This document shows, one piece after another, positions 36,860 through 64,000 of a stretch of 64,000 bases of DNA (the stretch's first letter is position 1; each line of letters opens with the position of its first letter). A model generated the notes under the pieces. It ran no database searches. It was not told the origin of the DNA and saw only the letters and a program-made list of their open reading frames with translations. Both the position numbers and the translations under genes were made by a program. Where the stretch lies: NCBI RefSeq assembly GCF_009914755.1, contig NC_060947.1; one strand, given 5' to 3'. Origin of the DNA: the human T2T-CHM13v2.0 reference genome, Homo sapiens.

Positions 36860-37320
36860 TATTTCCACTGAATCACCTAACATTTACTCTACCTAAGCCA
36901 CTGTGCTGCACTGTGCAAAAACAACTCAGATGAATCTGATATTTTTTACATGCCAAGCATTTAAATTCTAGTAAAAATAAAAACAAACACACAGACACAA
37001 GACAAAATAAGAAAAAAAAAAACATCATTAGGGCATTTAGTCAAAAAACAAAGTGACTCACATATAAAAGAAAATCATATTAGTGCTATGGTTTATAATA
37101 GCAATACTTTATGTCAGAAAATACTGAAGTAACATTTTTAAGAGACTCAGAAAAATGTACATTATGAATTTTTTATATAACTTAATCTTCAAGTATAAAG
37201 ATAGTAAACAACTTACTATTAACATGAAAAATATATTTTTTTCTATGAACACCTCTTGAGGAATGTACTACAGAATGAACCTGACACTTAAATATCTGAG
37301 AAGGCATCAGCTTAGTGACG
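36860..37320 (+). mobile_element. Very old L1M/HAL1-like ORF1 fragment
   Basis: Degenerate ORF1-like motifs (cttcaagtataaag; gaacacctcttgaggaatgtactacag). Confidence 0.4.
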
Positions 37321-37439
37321 GTTGGTGAACAATATATACATATAGTTATATATATAATATATATTTACAATATATATTTTCCTTTCATTTATTTTGACTT
37401 TATTGGATAACAATTAAAGGACACTAAGCTGAAAATACT

Positions 37440-37815
37440 TTATTTTTAAAATCTAACTTCAGGGGTACATGTGCAGGTCTGTTATATGGCTAAACTTGTA
37501 TTATGGGGTTTGTTGTACAGATTATTTCATCACTTAGATATTTAGCCTAGTACCCATTAATTATCTTTCCTAATCCTTTCCCACCTCCTACCCTCCACCC
37601 TCTAATAGTCCCCAGTGTGTTTTGTTACCCTCTATGTGTCCATGTGTTCTCATAATTTAGCTTCCACCTATAAGTGAGAACATGTAGTATTTGGTTTTCT
37701 GTTCCTGTGTTTGTTTAATAAGGATAACACCATTTATGTTTATTTCATGCCTTTGTTATTGGGAATAGCAATGAACATATACGTGCATGTATCTATCATA
37801 GAATGATTTAGATTC
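37440..37815 (-). mobile_element. L1PA13-16-like 3' end
   Basis: aggggtacatgtgcagg...ggggtttgttgtacagattatttcatcac. Confidence 0.8.
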
Positions 37816-37835
37816 CTAACAATAGATTATTGTTA

Positions 37836-38046
37836 AATATATATATATGTGTATATATATATATGTGTATATATATATGTGTATATATATATGTGTATAT
37901 ATATATGTGTATATATATATATGTGTATATATATATGTGTATATATATATGTGTATATATATATGTGTATATATATATATGTGTATATATATATGTGTAT
38001 ATATATGTGTGTGTATATATATATATGTGTATATATATATATATAT
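37836..38046. repeat. Compound (TA)n-TGTG microsatellite
   Basis: Repeated 14-16 bp units such as ATATATATATGTGT. Confidence 0.95.
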
Positions 38047-42120
<4,074 letters not shown>

Positions 42121-42123
42121 CAT

Positions 42124-44975
<2,852 letters not shown>

Positions 44976-45800
44976 TTAAAAATCACTGAGTTTTCTTAAA
45001 ATGGCTATTTTTGAATTCTTAGAGCTCACAAATTGTCATCTCATTAGGGTCAGTCACTGGTTTCTTGCTTTATCCATTTGGGGAAGTCATGATTCTCTGT
45101 TTGCTGTTGTTTGTTTGAATATACATCTATGCCTTTGCATTGGAAAATTATTTATTCCAATCTTCTGCTTGTCTTGTTTTGTTTTTTGGTATGTTTGCTT
45201 AAAAGTTCTTTGTAATAAACCTGTTGAATGTATTTTTCTTCCACTTGGTCGGTGCCACCTCTTTTGCCCAAGACGGCACCTTAAATCTCAGGTTTGCTTC
45301 AGCTCTAGCAAACTTTGAAGTGTTGCCTGTCTCAGGTGGGGCATCTCCCAAAATAGCCAAGATACAGGGCAGAGTTTCCTGGTCTGGGAATATTAGTCCT
45401 TCTCCAACATCACCCCCTGCTTTGTCTCTGGCTGTCATCAGAATTTTATCTTCCTTCATGCCCTCATGCTGCTTCCCATGGTTTGAATAGGAGCAGGTCT
45501 TTTTTTTTCTTTTTAGGAAATCCAAAATGTTGGGAAAGTTGGTGTTCACTTTGATCTCACTTTTTTCAGTGTATTGACCATGAGTTTGGGGAAAATTTTA
45601 TTCATGCTTGGTGCCTAGGAGATTGAAGAAAGGCTGTCATGGATATAAAAGTCCAATTCTCTTAAGATTTGCATAGAGTATTCTCACTTCTTTGTGTCCC
45701 CAGGAACTGTCTCATCTTTATTTGAGTTCTGGGATGTTGCTGGTGATAATCTTGGCACTGTATACTTGGTTTTGGTTTTCTGTAGGGAATGGAGTGAAGC
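44976..45800 (-). mobile_element. Old L1M 5' region fragment
   Basis: ctgagttttcttaaaatggctatttttgaattct (ORF1 start, antisense) followed by 5'UTR-like sequence. Confidence 0.5.
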
Positions 45801-46329
45801 TAAAGAAAAAGAGTGAATTCCATATGATTCCATTTATATAAAATTCTAGAATATGCAAACCAAGGTATTATGATAAAACACAGATTGATCATTGTTTTCA
45901 GTGACACCTCAGAAGCCCAGTGTAGTAGACCCAGTGAAAATTTAAATTTATTCTTCTGGAATTACCAACCAGTTCATGAAATCTGCATTCTTTTTTAGAA
46001 ATATCAGGTCATAAGGGGAATTTATCTTCTTAATGAAAATTCAGAACAGTGGTGCATTTCACAGGAATATGTTCCTTACCTCATTTTGAAGATCTATTCA
46101 ATCCCATCAGAAAGTCCAGTTTTTAATAGGACCTTGTCCCTTTCAAATGCACCACCAGAGAGTGAACATTTTTTTCTACTTGATGCAGATAATGCTTTTT
46201 TTTTTTAATTTGCAGGTTCAAGTGAAATACGTCATAATTTCTATTTACTCCTATCCAAATAACTCCATGAAGTGATTGGTACATTCATCAATGTCATCAT
46301 CAAGACCAAAAAATTACCTCATAAAATAA

Positions 46330-46610
46330 TGCCATGTGTTTGCATTTATAATTGGGGGCTAAACTATGGATAAACATGGACACAAAGATAGAAAGAATAG
46401 ACACTGGAGATTCCAAAAAAGGAGAGGGTGAGAGGAGGGTGAAGATTGATAAATTATCTATTGAGTATAGTGTTTACTATTTGGGTGCTGCATACACTAG
46501 AAGCCTAAAACTCATCACTATGCAATACAGCCATGTAACAAACCTGCACATGTACCCCTGAATCTAAAAATAAAGGAAAATAAATACCTGAATCAAAAAT
46601 AAAAATTAAA
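46330..46610 (+). mobile_element. L1PB4/L1PA16-like 3'UTR
   Basis: agacactggagattccaaaa...catgtaacaaacctgcacatgtacccctgaatctaaaaataaa. Confidence 0.8.
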
Positions 46611-47118
46611 ATGTATCATTACCTTCAAATTGACTATTTCATTAAAGAAGATTTTACCTTTATATATGCCTGTTTAAAGTTTTTACACAGATAATTATCC
46701 TGGAGATATTTCCTAGACTTTAGAGACATGCTATACCTACACAAGTATATCTCAAAATGGAGATGTCATAAAATTCAAAATATTTTAAAAAATATTTACA
46801 GACATTCAAAATTAATGAAAACATTGTATGATGCCTTCCAGCAGCCAATGCTCTAACAGGTCATTTTAATTAAGAATATGCACATTTATCTTAAAGGGCA
46901 TGTTATGCTTTAATACATCGTAATTTGTATGAACTATCATTCATTATAAATGACATCTAAAAGAAATCTCTTGTAACTTATAGTCAGAGCAAGAACCCCA
47001 TATATTTGCAGCTTTGTGTTTAAATGTTTTCCACATGACAGGTTCTCTGTATAAAATGGAATTCTGACACCTTAACAGGAGCTTACTTGTGTGTGGTATG
47101 ACTTCAGTCTCATTTTTC

Positions 47119-53128
<6,010 letters not shown>

Positions 53129-53479
53129 TCTCGTTTTTCATAGACTTGGAAGATTTGGATTTTTTTTGACTACAATGAGTTACTTTCTCTCATCAGAAAC
53201 ACTAAAGCTCTAACTAATCTTTTTTATATTTACTGATCCATCTCTACCATAGTGATGTCCATTTTAATTTATAGCACATATATTATTTGAAAACATTTTA
53301 TATCCAATCACAGACAATAAAATCCATTTGGGAAACATTGCATCATTACATTTCTATAACATTTTCAATTGCACCAGTCTTGGTGAGGATAATACACCAT
53401 GACATAATTCAGATGTGCTCTGTTGCAGTGTTACAAACACTGCTATCAGGCCTTTGGCTCTCCTGACATTAAACAAACT

Positions 53480-54170
53480 TGACCTCCTAATACATATCTC
53501 CTCTTTCAAAATGTTTTACACAGGGCTCCCAGGATATTAAGATTTTATGCTTTTCTCTCTTACCTCAGTGATAGCTCCTTGTCAGTCTCCTTTGTTGTTC
53601 TTCCTCATCAACACAAACTTTAATGATAGTTGGATTCAGGGCTCTGTTCTTGATCTTTTACCTTAGTGTTGTACACATGCTTAGTAACCTCATTTACTTT
53701 CATGGCTTTAAATCACAGCTAATGATTTCCACAATTATATCTAAACCCAGATTTATCTCTTGAGACCAAATCTTGCATATTTAACTTCCTACTTAATGTC
53801 TATATCTGGATGTCAATTAGGTATCTTAAGCTTAACATTTCCTAAGCATAATACCTAATCTCCTTTTCCCTCAAAATTCTATCCACCTCTGTGTTTCCTT
53901 TTACAACTGATGGCAACTCCAGGTTTTCAGATGTGCAGATCTAAAATCTTGGAAGAATTTTTTACTTCTCTCTGATCTTAATCTTTAATATCTAACCAGG
54001 TTTTTTTACCTTGTAATTATCACCAGCATCTGACCACCTTTACCATCTCCGCTGACAAAAGCATCCTGCTCTGAGATATTTTCTTTCTTATCCAGACTAT
54101 GGGAGGTAGCTTTGAATTGGCTTACTGTTTCTACTTTTGTTCCCAAAAGTATATTCTAAAGGCAACTTAT
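53480..54170 (+). mobile_element. L2 fragment; further L2-like pieces near 54520-54790, 55020-55300 (minus) and 56140-56230
   Basis: L2 motifs catggctttaaat...; tctggatgtcaattaggtatcttaagcttaacat. Confidence 0.7.
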
Positions 54171-54803
54171 TAGTAATTTTTAAAAATTGCTGAGGGAATA
54201 AGAACAAATATTTCAAAAATGCTTTCTGAGTGAAAAAAATTGGATGAATATGTCAAGAAATACATGAGGTTTAACTTAAGATTTTTATCTTCCACGAGCA
54301 ATCCATTACATAATTATTCAAAAGCTGTGTTTACTATTATGCCCTTCTTTCTATTAAAATAAAATTACTGGTATCATGTTACGTTTTCAACTCTTTAAAA
54401 TTATTGAGCATATATTAACTCATTAGGCTAAATCTTATCTCTGTCAGTGCTAATGCACATTTCTTGTCAATTACCTAAAGCCTACAGTGTTTGTTTCCTG
54501 TTTCAAGAATTGAAGTTGCAAACTTGTCCCATAGGCATCTCAAACTCAAGTCCAAAAATGAAAATGCCATTTTCTAACATGTGTCTACCCATTTTTCTTA
54601 TTCAATTCTTCCTGTCTCAGTGAATGATAATAGCATATATACCAAGTTGACCAAGCCAGGAAGCTGAGCATTACCCTTGTTTCCTTCATCTTCTTCTCTC
54701 CCACAAACACTTTTATCTATTCCTTTCTATCCCACCTGCTTCTTTCCAAGTTCTATCCACCGTGGAATTGCATCTTATAATCTATATCATCAGATATTTA
54801 GAT

Positions 54804-54980
54804 CAGTGATTTCAAAGTTGGCTGTGCATTGGAATTACCCAGAGTTGTTAAATTACATATTTTTTGGCCCTTACCTGCTCATTGTGATTCCGATGTTCAG
54901 GACTGAAGTCTAAGAATCTAAATTTTTTGGAAATTCTTTCAAGATTAGCATGGCCTCATACCATAATTTGAAAACCACTA
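54804..54980. mobile_element. MER5-type DNA transposon
   Basis: TIRs cagtgatttcaaagtt / tttgaaaaccacta; ggctgtgcattggaattacc motif. Confidence 0.6.
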
Positions 54981-55565
54981 GTAAGTCCACAAGAGCCCTA
55001 GTGCGAGCAACATAAATTAGCAGAAAATGGGGGGATGTAAAATAGAATTTTAAGTCTTGAGGTTGGCAAGAATTTACTTGGTTACCGAATGAATATGGAG
55101 TTAAAGGAGAAACCTTTGTCAAAAATGGGCCCAAGGTCTCAAAACTATGTCCCAGTTTTAAGAGAAGAGAACTAATAAAGAGAAAGGAGCCTTTATAAGA
55201 GCAAGGTAAATTCAGTTTGTGGCATATTACATTTGAAATAACACTGGGACAGCCAAAGGGATATACCAAGTAATTCATTATGCTATACAGAAGATTGAAG
55301 TGACTGTTAATGATTACATAGTTAAATGCACAGTTAACCAGATAGAAGTGGAAGATGAAACTTTTGAAAAGATGAGCATGTTGAAAAAATATCAGGATCA
55401 ACCTGTCAGGAGCTACTCTTACTCTCTTGTCCGTTTGCGTCACATCTCAATCTAGTTTCAGCCCTCAATCCCAGTTCCAGTCAAAACTGAGTGGTCTTTA
55501 GTCCCTGACACACAAGAGTTATACAACTGACAGAAACTGCAGTGATTACGTCTCCTTGACAATGA

Positions 55566-55923
<358 letters not shown>

Positions 55924-56289
55924 CATTTACTGGTTCTTGATGCTAAGATTGGTGCTTGCCTTGTCTTTTGCCTATTTCTGATTCCCAACCTCCCCAAATC
56001 AAAACAGACCTTGACTTCTGTATTGTTTCACAATTGCTTGATTACCTGACTCTGTATCACATTATCCCAAACAGTGCAATCACCAGGGTTGTTTAGCTAT
56101 CATTTTAATATGAATCATTTCATTCTTTAATATGAACTTTTGTCTTGTTACAAGAGGGACAGATTTTTATTGAACCTTTGTAATAATTATATTGCCACAA
56201 AATGTACACTCAATAAGAGTTCCTGAATTCTTGAGGGATCAGGTAGAAATAAAAAAAGAAATGTTTTATTTCTGTTTATGAAAACAAAA

Positions 56290-56855
56290 GCTACTAAACT
56301 GTTATGAGTTATAGACGGCTAAAGAGAAAAGAGAAAATATTTCCTTATATTCAGAACATTGAACCTTAAAGCATCAGCAATATTCCAAACACAATGTATA
56401 TCTTTTTATCAGTTTATTTAGTCTCATGTAATTAATTATTGTTCTGCTTGATCTTGGGTTGGCAGTTTAATGAACTCATCAGCTTGGCACTAAAGTTCTA
56501 GCAATTGTGACTCAGTTCAGTAGTATGCTCGCTAAGCAATACTATCAGAAGCATATACCCCAGAATACTTCAGTCTCTTTTTGGCTGTAACTGTTTGCAA
56601 GTGCTTTTAGGGAAGTGTCAGAGTGAAACAAAAATTAGCTCTGGGTGATGAAAGGCTTAAAATGGCCATAGTTAAAGATCTGATGGAAATTTATTTGATA
56701 AAAAATTGGTTGTTTTTATGGCATACATTTAAAAAATAGCTGGAATTATGACTAATAAATTTATAGCATTATGATATTGTCTCATTTTAGGCAAGGCAGC
56801 AATAGAAATATTATGAGCAGCAGGGCATTGGCAAATTTCTAAGAACTCTATAAAA
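56290..56855 (-). mobile_element. ERV1 MER4-group-like internal fragment
   Basis: gtctcatgtaattaattattgttctgcttgatcttgggtt and ttaaaatggccatagttaaaga motifs recalled from such elements. Confidence 0.45.
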
Positions 56856-56859
56856 TTTC

Positions 56860-57390
56860 TTATTTTTAAAATTTTATTTTAATTGAAACTTAATAATTGC
56901 ATATATTTGTGGACTATAATGCAATGTTTTAAATTGGAAGATATTTTACGTACTTGTGGTATAAAACATGATGTTTTGATATATGTGTACACTGTAGAAA
57001 GACTAAATCAAGCTAATTAATATGTACATTACTTCTTATCTTTTTTTGTGGTGAGAACACTTAAAATTTACTCTCTAAACAATTTTCAAGTATACAATAT
57101 ATTGTGATTAATTGTAGTCACAATAATATACAATAAATCTCTCAAACTTATTCGTTTTGTCTAACTGAATTTTTATGTTTTTTGTCTAATATCTCCTCAT
57201 TCCCCTGGCAATCCTCAGCCTATGGGAACTACCATTCTACTCTCTATTTGTATGAATTCCATTTTTTTAAATTTCACATTTAAGTGAGATTACGTGCTTC
57301 TTATCTTTCTGTATCTGGCTTATGTTACTTAAGGCAATCTCCTACATGTTCATCTATATTGTTTTAAATAATAGAATTTCCCTTTTAAAA
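56860..57390 (-). mobile_element. L1MA4-6-like 3'UTR
   Basis: aaatcaagctaattaatatg...gtggtgagaacacttaaaatttactctc. Confidence 0.78.
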
Positions 57391-57401
57391 AATATTTTAA
57401 G

Positions 57402-60270
<2,869 letters not shown>

Positions 60271-60496
60271 ATGACCATGTGATCCCTTTAATTGGAACCA
60301 AAGTTTCAATAGTAATGGACACATCTGATTTTTAAAATGGGCAAATAACTCAAATGGATATTTCTCAAAAGAAGATATACAATTGGCCAACAGGTATATT
60401 TAAAACTTCACTAATAATCATCATCACTAATAAAGAAGAACAAATTAAAGCCACTATGAGATATTACCTCATATTATTAAAATGACTACCATAAAA

Positions 60497-63400
60497 CTGG
60501 GTTATTTGTTTCCTTGCTATTGAGTTGTTTGAGTTTTTTAATATATTTCAGATATTACCTTCTTTTCAGATATGTGATTTGCAAATATTTTCTCCCAAAC
60601 CATGGGTTATGTCTTCACTTTGTTAATTGTTTCCTTTACTGTGCAGAGCTTTTTAGCTCAAGGGAATCCCAGTCTTCTATTTTTTGTTTGTGCCTTTGGG
60701 ATCATATAAAAAAAAAATCTTTGTCCAGACAAATGTTATGGAACATTTCCCCTCTGTTTTCTTCTAGTAGTTTTAAAGTTTCAGGTCTTATGTTTAAATA
60801 TTTTATCCACTTTGAGTTGATTTTTGTATATTGTGTGAGATAATGGTCCTATTTCATTCTTCTCTATTCTTCCTTGTGAAAAATCAGCTCACTATAAATG
60901 CATGAGTTTATTTCTGGATTTCTATTCTGCTCAATTTGTTGATGAGTCTATTTTTATACCAGTACTATATTGTTCTGATTATTATAGCTTTGTTTAATAT
61001 TTTGAAATCAGGAAATGCAGGGCCTCCAGCTTTGTAATTTTTGCTCTGGCTATTCAGACTCCTTTATGGTTTCATACAAATTTTATAATTTGTTTTCTAT
61101 TTCTGTGAAAACTATTAGAATATTGATAGAGATTATGTATGAGCATTTAAATCATATTAAATCTTCTAATCCATATACAGGAGATATATTTCAATTTCTT
61201 TGAATATTCCTCAATTTGTTTTAACAGTTTTCTTTTTTAAATTCAGAACTGAGCAGGTTATTAATATTTTGTAGTTTTTGACATATAGATTATTCAAATC
61301 CTTGGTTAAATTTATGCCTGAGTATTTTACTCTTTTTGACACTGTTGTAAATGGAATATTGCTAGGGTATAGAAATGCTAACTTACAAAGTTAATTTTGT
61401 ATCCTGAAGTTTTAATGAATTCATTTATTAGGTGCAACAGTTTTTTGATGTAGTTTGTAGGGTTTTCTATATCATGTCATCTTCAAACATAAACAATTTT
61501 AACTTTTTATTTTTTATTTGGATATCTTTTATTTATTATTATTGTTATTATTTGTCTATCCACCTTGTGTAGGAATTCCAGTACTATGATAAATGAAGGT
61601 GGAGAGAATAGGTATCCTTGTCTTCTTCCTGATCTTAGAGAATAAGCTTTCATGTTTTCATTGTTGAGTATAATGTTAGTTGTGGACACGCCATAAATAG
61701 TGTTTATTGGGCTGAGGTGCACTTCTTTTGTACTTTATGTAACTTTTTGGCTTTGGTATTAGTGCTATGCTGGCCTTATAAAATATTTTTTTAAATGTTG
61801 CTTTTTTCTTCAACTTTTGAAAGTGTTGGAAGTTGATTTGTATTACTTCCTGGAATGTTTAATCAAATTAAGCCAGAAAGCCACCTGATTCTGCATTTAA
61901 GTTTATGGGAGACTTTCTTATTTTCTTATTAATTGGTCTGATTATATTTCTCTTTTTTTTTCTGATTCACTCTTGATAGGTGTTATGCTTATAGGAATTC
62001 TTGCATTTCTTCTTATAAGCCCACTAGGGCTGGTCTGAAGGCAGGGTGTTCAGGTATTGTCTTGGAGGCTAAATCTAAAAGACTGGTCTAAATCTTGCAG
62101 CCTTGTGATCAGTCTTGGAGTCTGGGATCATGGGGATTACCCAGTACAATATATACTGTGACTAGCTTAGATCCTGTGTCTGTTGAAGCATAGGGGTGCA
62201 GGAGCCAGCCTGGAGGTTAGGGCCACAGGGATTGGCTTCACACTGGTCAGGACTAAAGCCTGTTTCTACAGGTGATAGTCTAGTGTCTGAGGCCAGGTGT
62301 GCTGACCTGGCATTGGGGTGGGTCTGAGGCCTAGGACTATGTGTGCCAATCTAGTTCTGTGCTGGTCTGGAACCTTGGACATGCCTAGAGCCTGGTGCTA
62401 CAGGGGCTGGCCTGGAGCTGGGCAAGCATTGAACATGTATGCACAGGGCCTTGCCTGTAGACTGAGCCCATAAGTGCCAGCCTGATGACGAGTGTTGTGT
62501 AGGCTATTTTGCTGAGAATGCTTTGGAGCCTGAGGCTTCTAGGGCCAGCCTGGTTCTGGTATGTCCCTAGATACAATAGTCTGTGGGGTTTGGCTGGATT
62601 CAGCCTGCTTCTTGGTGTGTCTGAAGTCTGGGGTTGCTGGGGCTAGTCTGATAGTGGAGAAGACTCATAGCCCAGTGCTGCTGTGGTTGGACTCATGTTA
62701 GAGTGAGCCTGAAGCCTGGGGGTTCGGACTGCCCTGAAACAGAGGTGACTCTGAAGTCTGGGATTGCTAGGGTGTCTCTAAAGCTTAGGGCTTTGGGAGA
62801 TGGCCTAATGGTGGGGAGGACTTGAAGTTCAGTGTTGCTGGGGCTAGGCTGGCACTGTGGTGGTCCTGAACCTTGGTGTTGCTTGGATGATCCTGAAGCT
62901 GGGGCAGCTAGGGCTGTCATGATGGAGAAGAAAGCCTGAAGCTCATTGGTGCCAGGGTCCAACTTGCACTGGGGTAGGCTCAAAGCTGGAGCTGCCAAGG
63001 CCAGCCTTGTCCTAGGATGTGCCTGACGTCTGGAGCCATTGAGGCTGCCTTGGCACTGGAATTAGTCTTGAGCTGGGGATGCTGAGGTTGGAATGGTTCT
63101 GGAGCTAGCACGAAGACTGAGTTTCCTGGGGTTGCAGGATCCATCCTGTGGCCAGTGTGGGCTTGGAGGCTCAGACAACAGGTACAAGTCTGGAGTGTGA
63201 GGCCATGGCATCCTGCCCAATCCTGGGTTTTACTGAGGCAGGTCAATTTTTTGAATCTTAGCAAAGACCAGGGATCACTTAACTCTTTTTTCCCAAAACG
63301 GAGGGTATCTCTCTCCATGCTGTGCTGCTTGGGGATGGCAGAAACGTAAAATAGATAATGTAAAACTGTATTTCTTACTATCCTCACTAGATTTTTTCTT

Positions 63401-63553
63401 ATTTCCTTGCTACACCCAGATGCAGTCATGTCTCACCTGGTTTTCTTAGCCCTTGTGAAGGTATTTTTATATATGAGGAGTGGTTTGAATTGATGTATCT
63501 GAGAGGGGACAAGTGTAGGAATCTCCTTTTCTGCAATCTGGCTCCATTGCTCC
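60497..63553 (-). mobile_element. L1MA-type element, ORF2 middle joined near 62015 to a GC-rich repetitive 5'UTR (ORF1 missing)
   Basis: ORF2 antisense at 60497-62015; recurrent gctggcctggag motifs; 5'-end-like ggagccagattgcagaaaaggag on the minus strand. Confidence 0.6.
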
Positions 63554-63574
63554 TTTTTTTTTTTTTTTTTTTTT

Positions 63575-64000
63575 GAGCACTTTTGCATATAACTGTTGGT
63601 CATTTTTTCTGTCTTGTTTGGGAAAAATTCCATCAATTTCTTTGTTTATTGTAATTAGATTTTGTGTGTGTGTGTGTGTGTGTGTATGTGTGTGTGTCTG
63701 TGCCAATGTGTTTGCTATTGCTTTGTATAAGTTCTTTTTACACATTTTGGATATTACATATTTTGGATATTAAACTTTACATATTTTGGATATTAAACCC
63801 TTATTAGATAGATGGCTTATGCTTGCTTTCTCCCAATCTGTAGGTTGCCTTTTTATTTTGTTAGTAGTTTATGTCACTATGCAAAGGTTTCTTAGTTTGA
63901 TGGAGTCCTACTTTGTTTATTTTTGCTTTGATGGCCTGTGCTTCTGGTGTCATATAAAAAAATCACTGCCAAAATCAATGCTGAGGGGCTTTTTCCATAT
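63575..64000 (-). mobile_element. Old L1 ORF2 3' fragment, continues off the window
   Basis: ttggatattaaaccccttattagatagatgg...ctcccaatctgtaggttgcc. Confidence 0.75.
63664..63697. repeat. (TG)n microsatellite
   Basis: About 17 TG units with one TA interruption. Confidence 0.95.

Noticed and set aside
54910-55443. 177-aa ORF as a novel protein
   Set aside because: Non-ATG start, overlaps MER5 and L2 remnants, no recognisable domain.
62020-63430. GC-richer region with ORFs as a host promoter or gene
   Set aside because: CpG-poor and made of recurrent motifs typical of old L1M 5'UTRs.

Overview
Primate (most likely human) genomic DNA, AT-rich and almost entirely transposon-derived, with very high LINE-1 density. 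The only host gene is at the left edge: a minus-strand, intronless-coding retrocopy of NLRP2 whose first 45 codons (908-1045) match NLRP2B/NLRP2P (pyrin-only protein POP4). From recall, not a search, that places the window on proximal Xp. The rest of the retrocopy is disabled by stops and frameshifts. Upstream of its ATG lie a retained intron-like 3' splice site, an Alu cluster, an ERV1-type internal segment with a tRNA-Ser(CGA) primer-binding site and an LTR end, and a near-full-length L1PA3/4 whose antisense ORF0 points at the retrogene. The remainder is nested L1s (three near-full-length L1PA3/4, several internally deleted older L1s), Alus, MER5-type elements, L2 fragments and a ~2.6-kb (TA)-rich tract. 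No L1 has both ORFs intact. Two observations stand out. (1) Both canonical ORF0 splice-donor positions would join in frame to POP4 through the retained acceptor. (2) Neighbouring young L1 copies share non-consensus substitutions in a patchwork that suggests local L1-L1 gene conversion. Subfamily calls and old-repeat boundaries were made by eye and are approximate.
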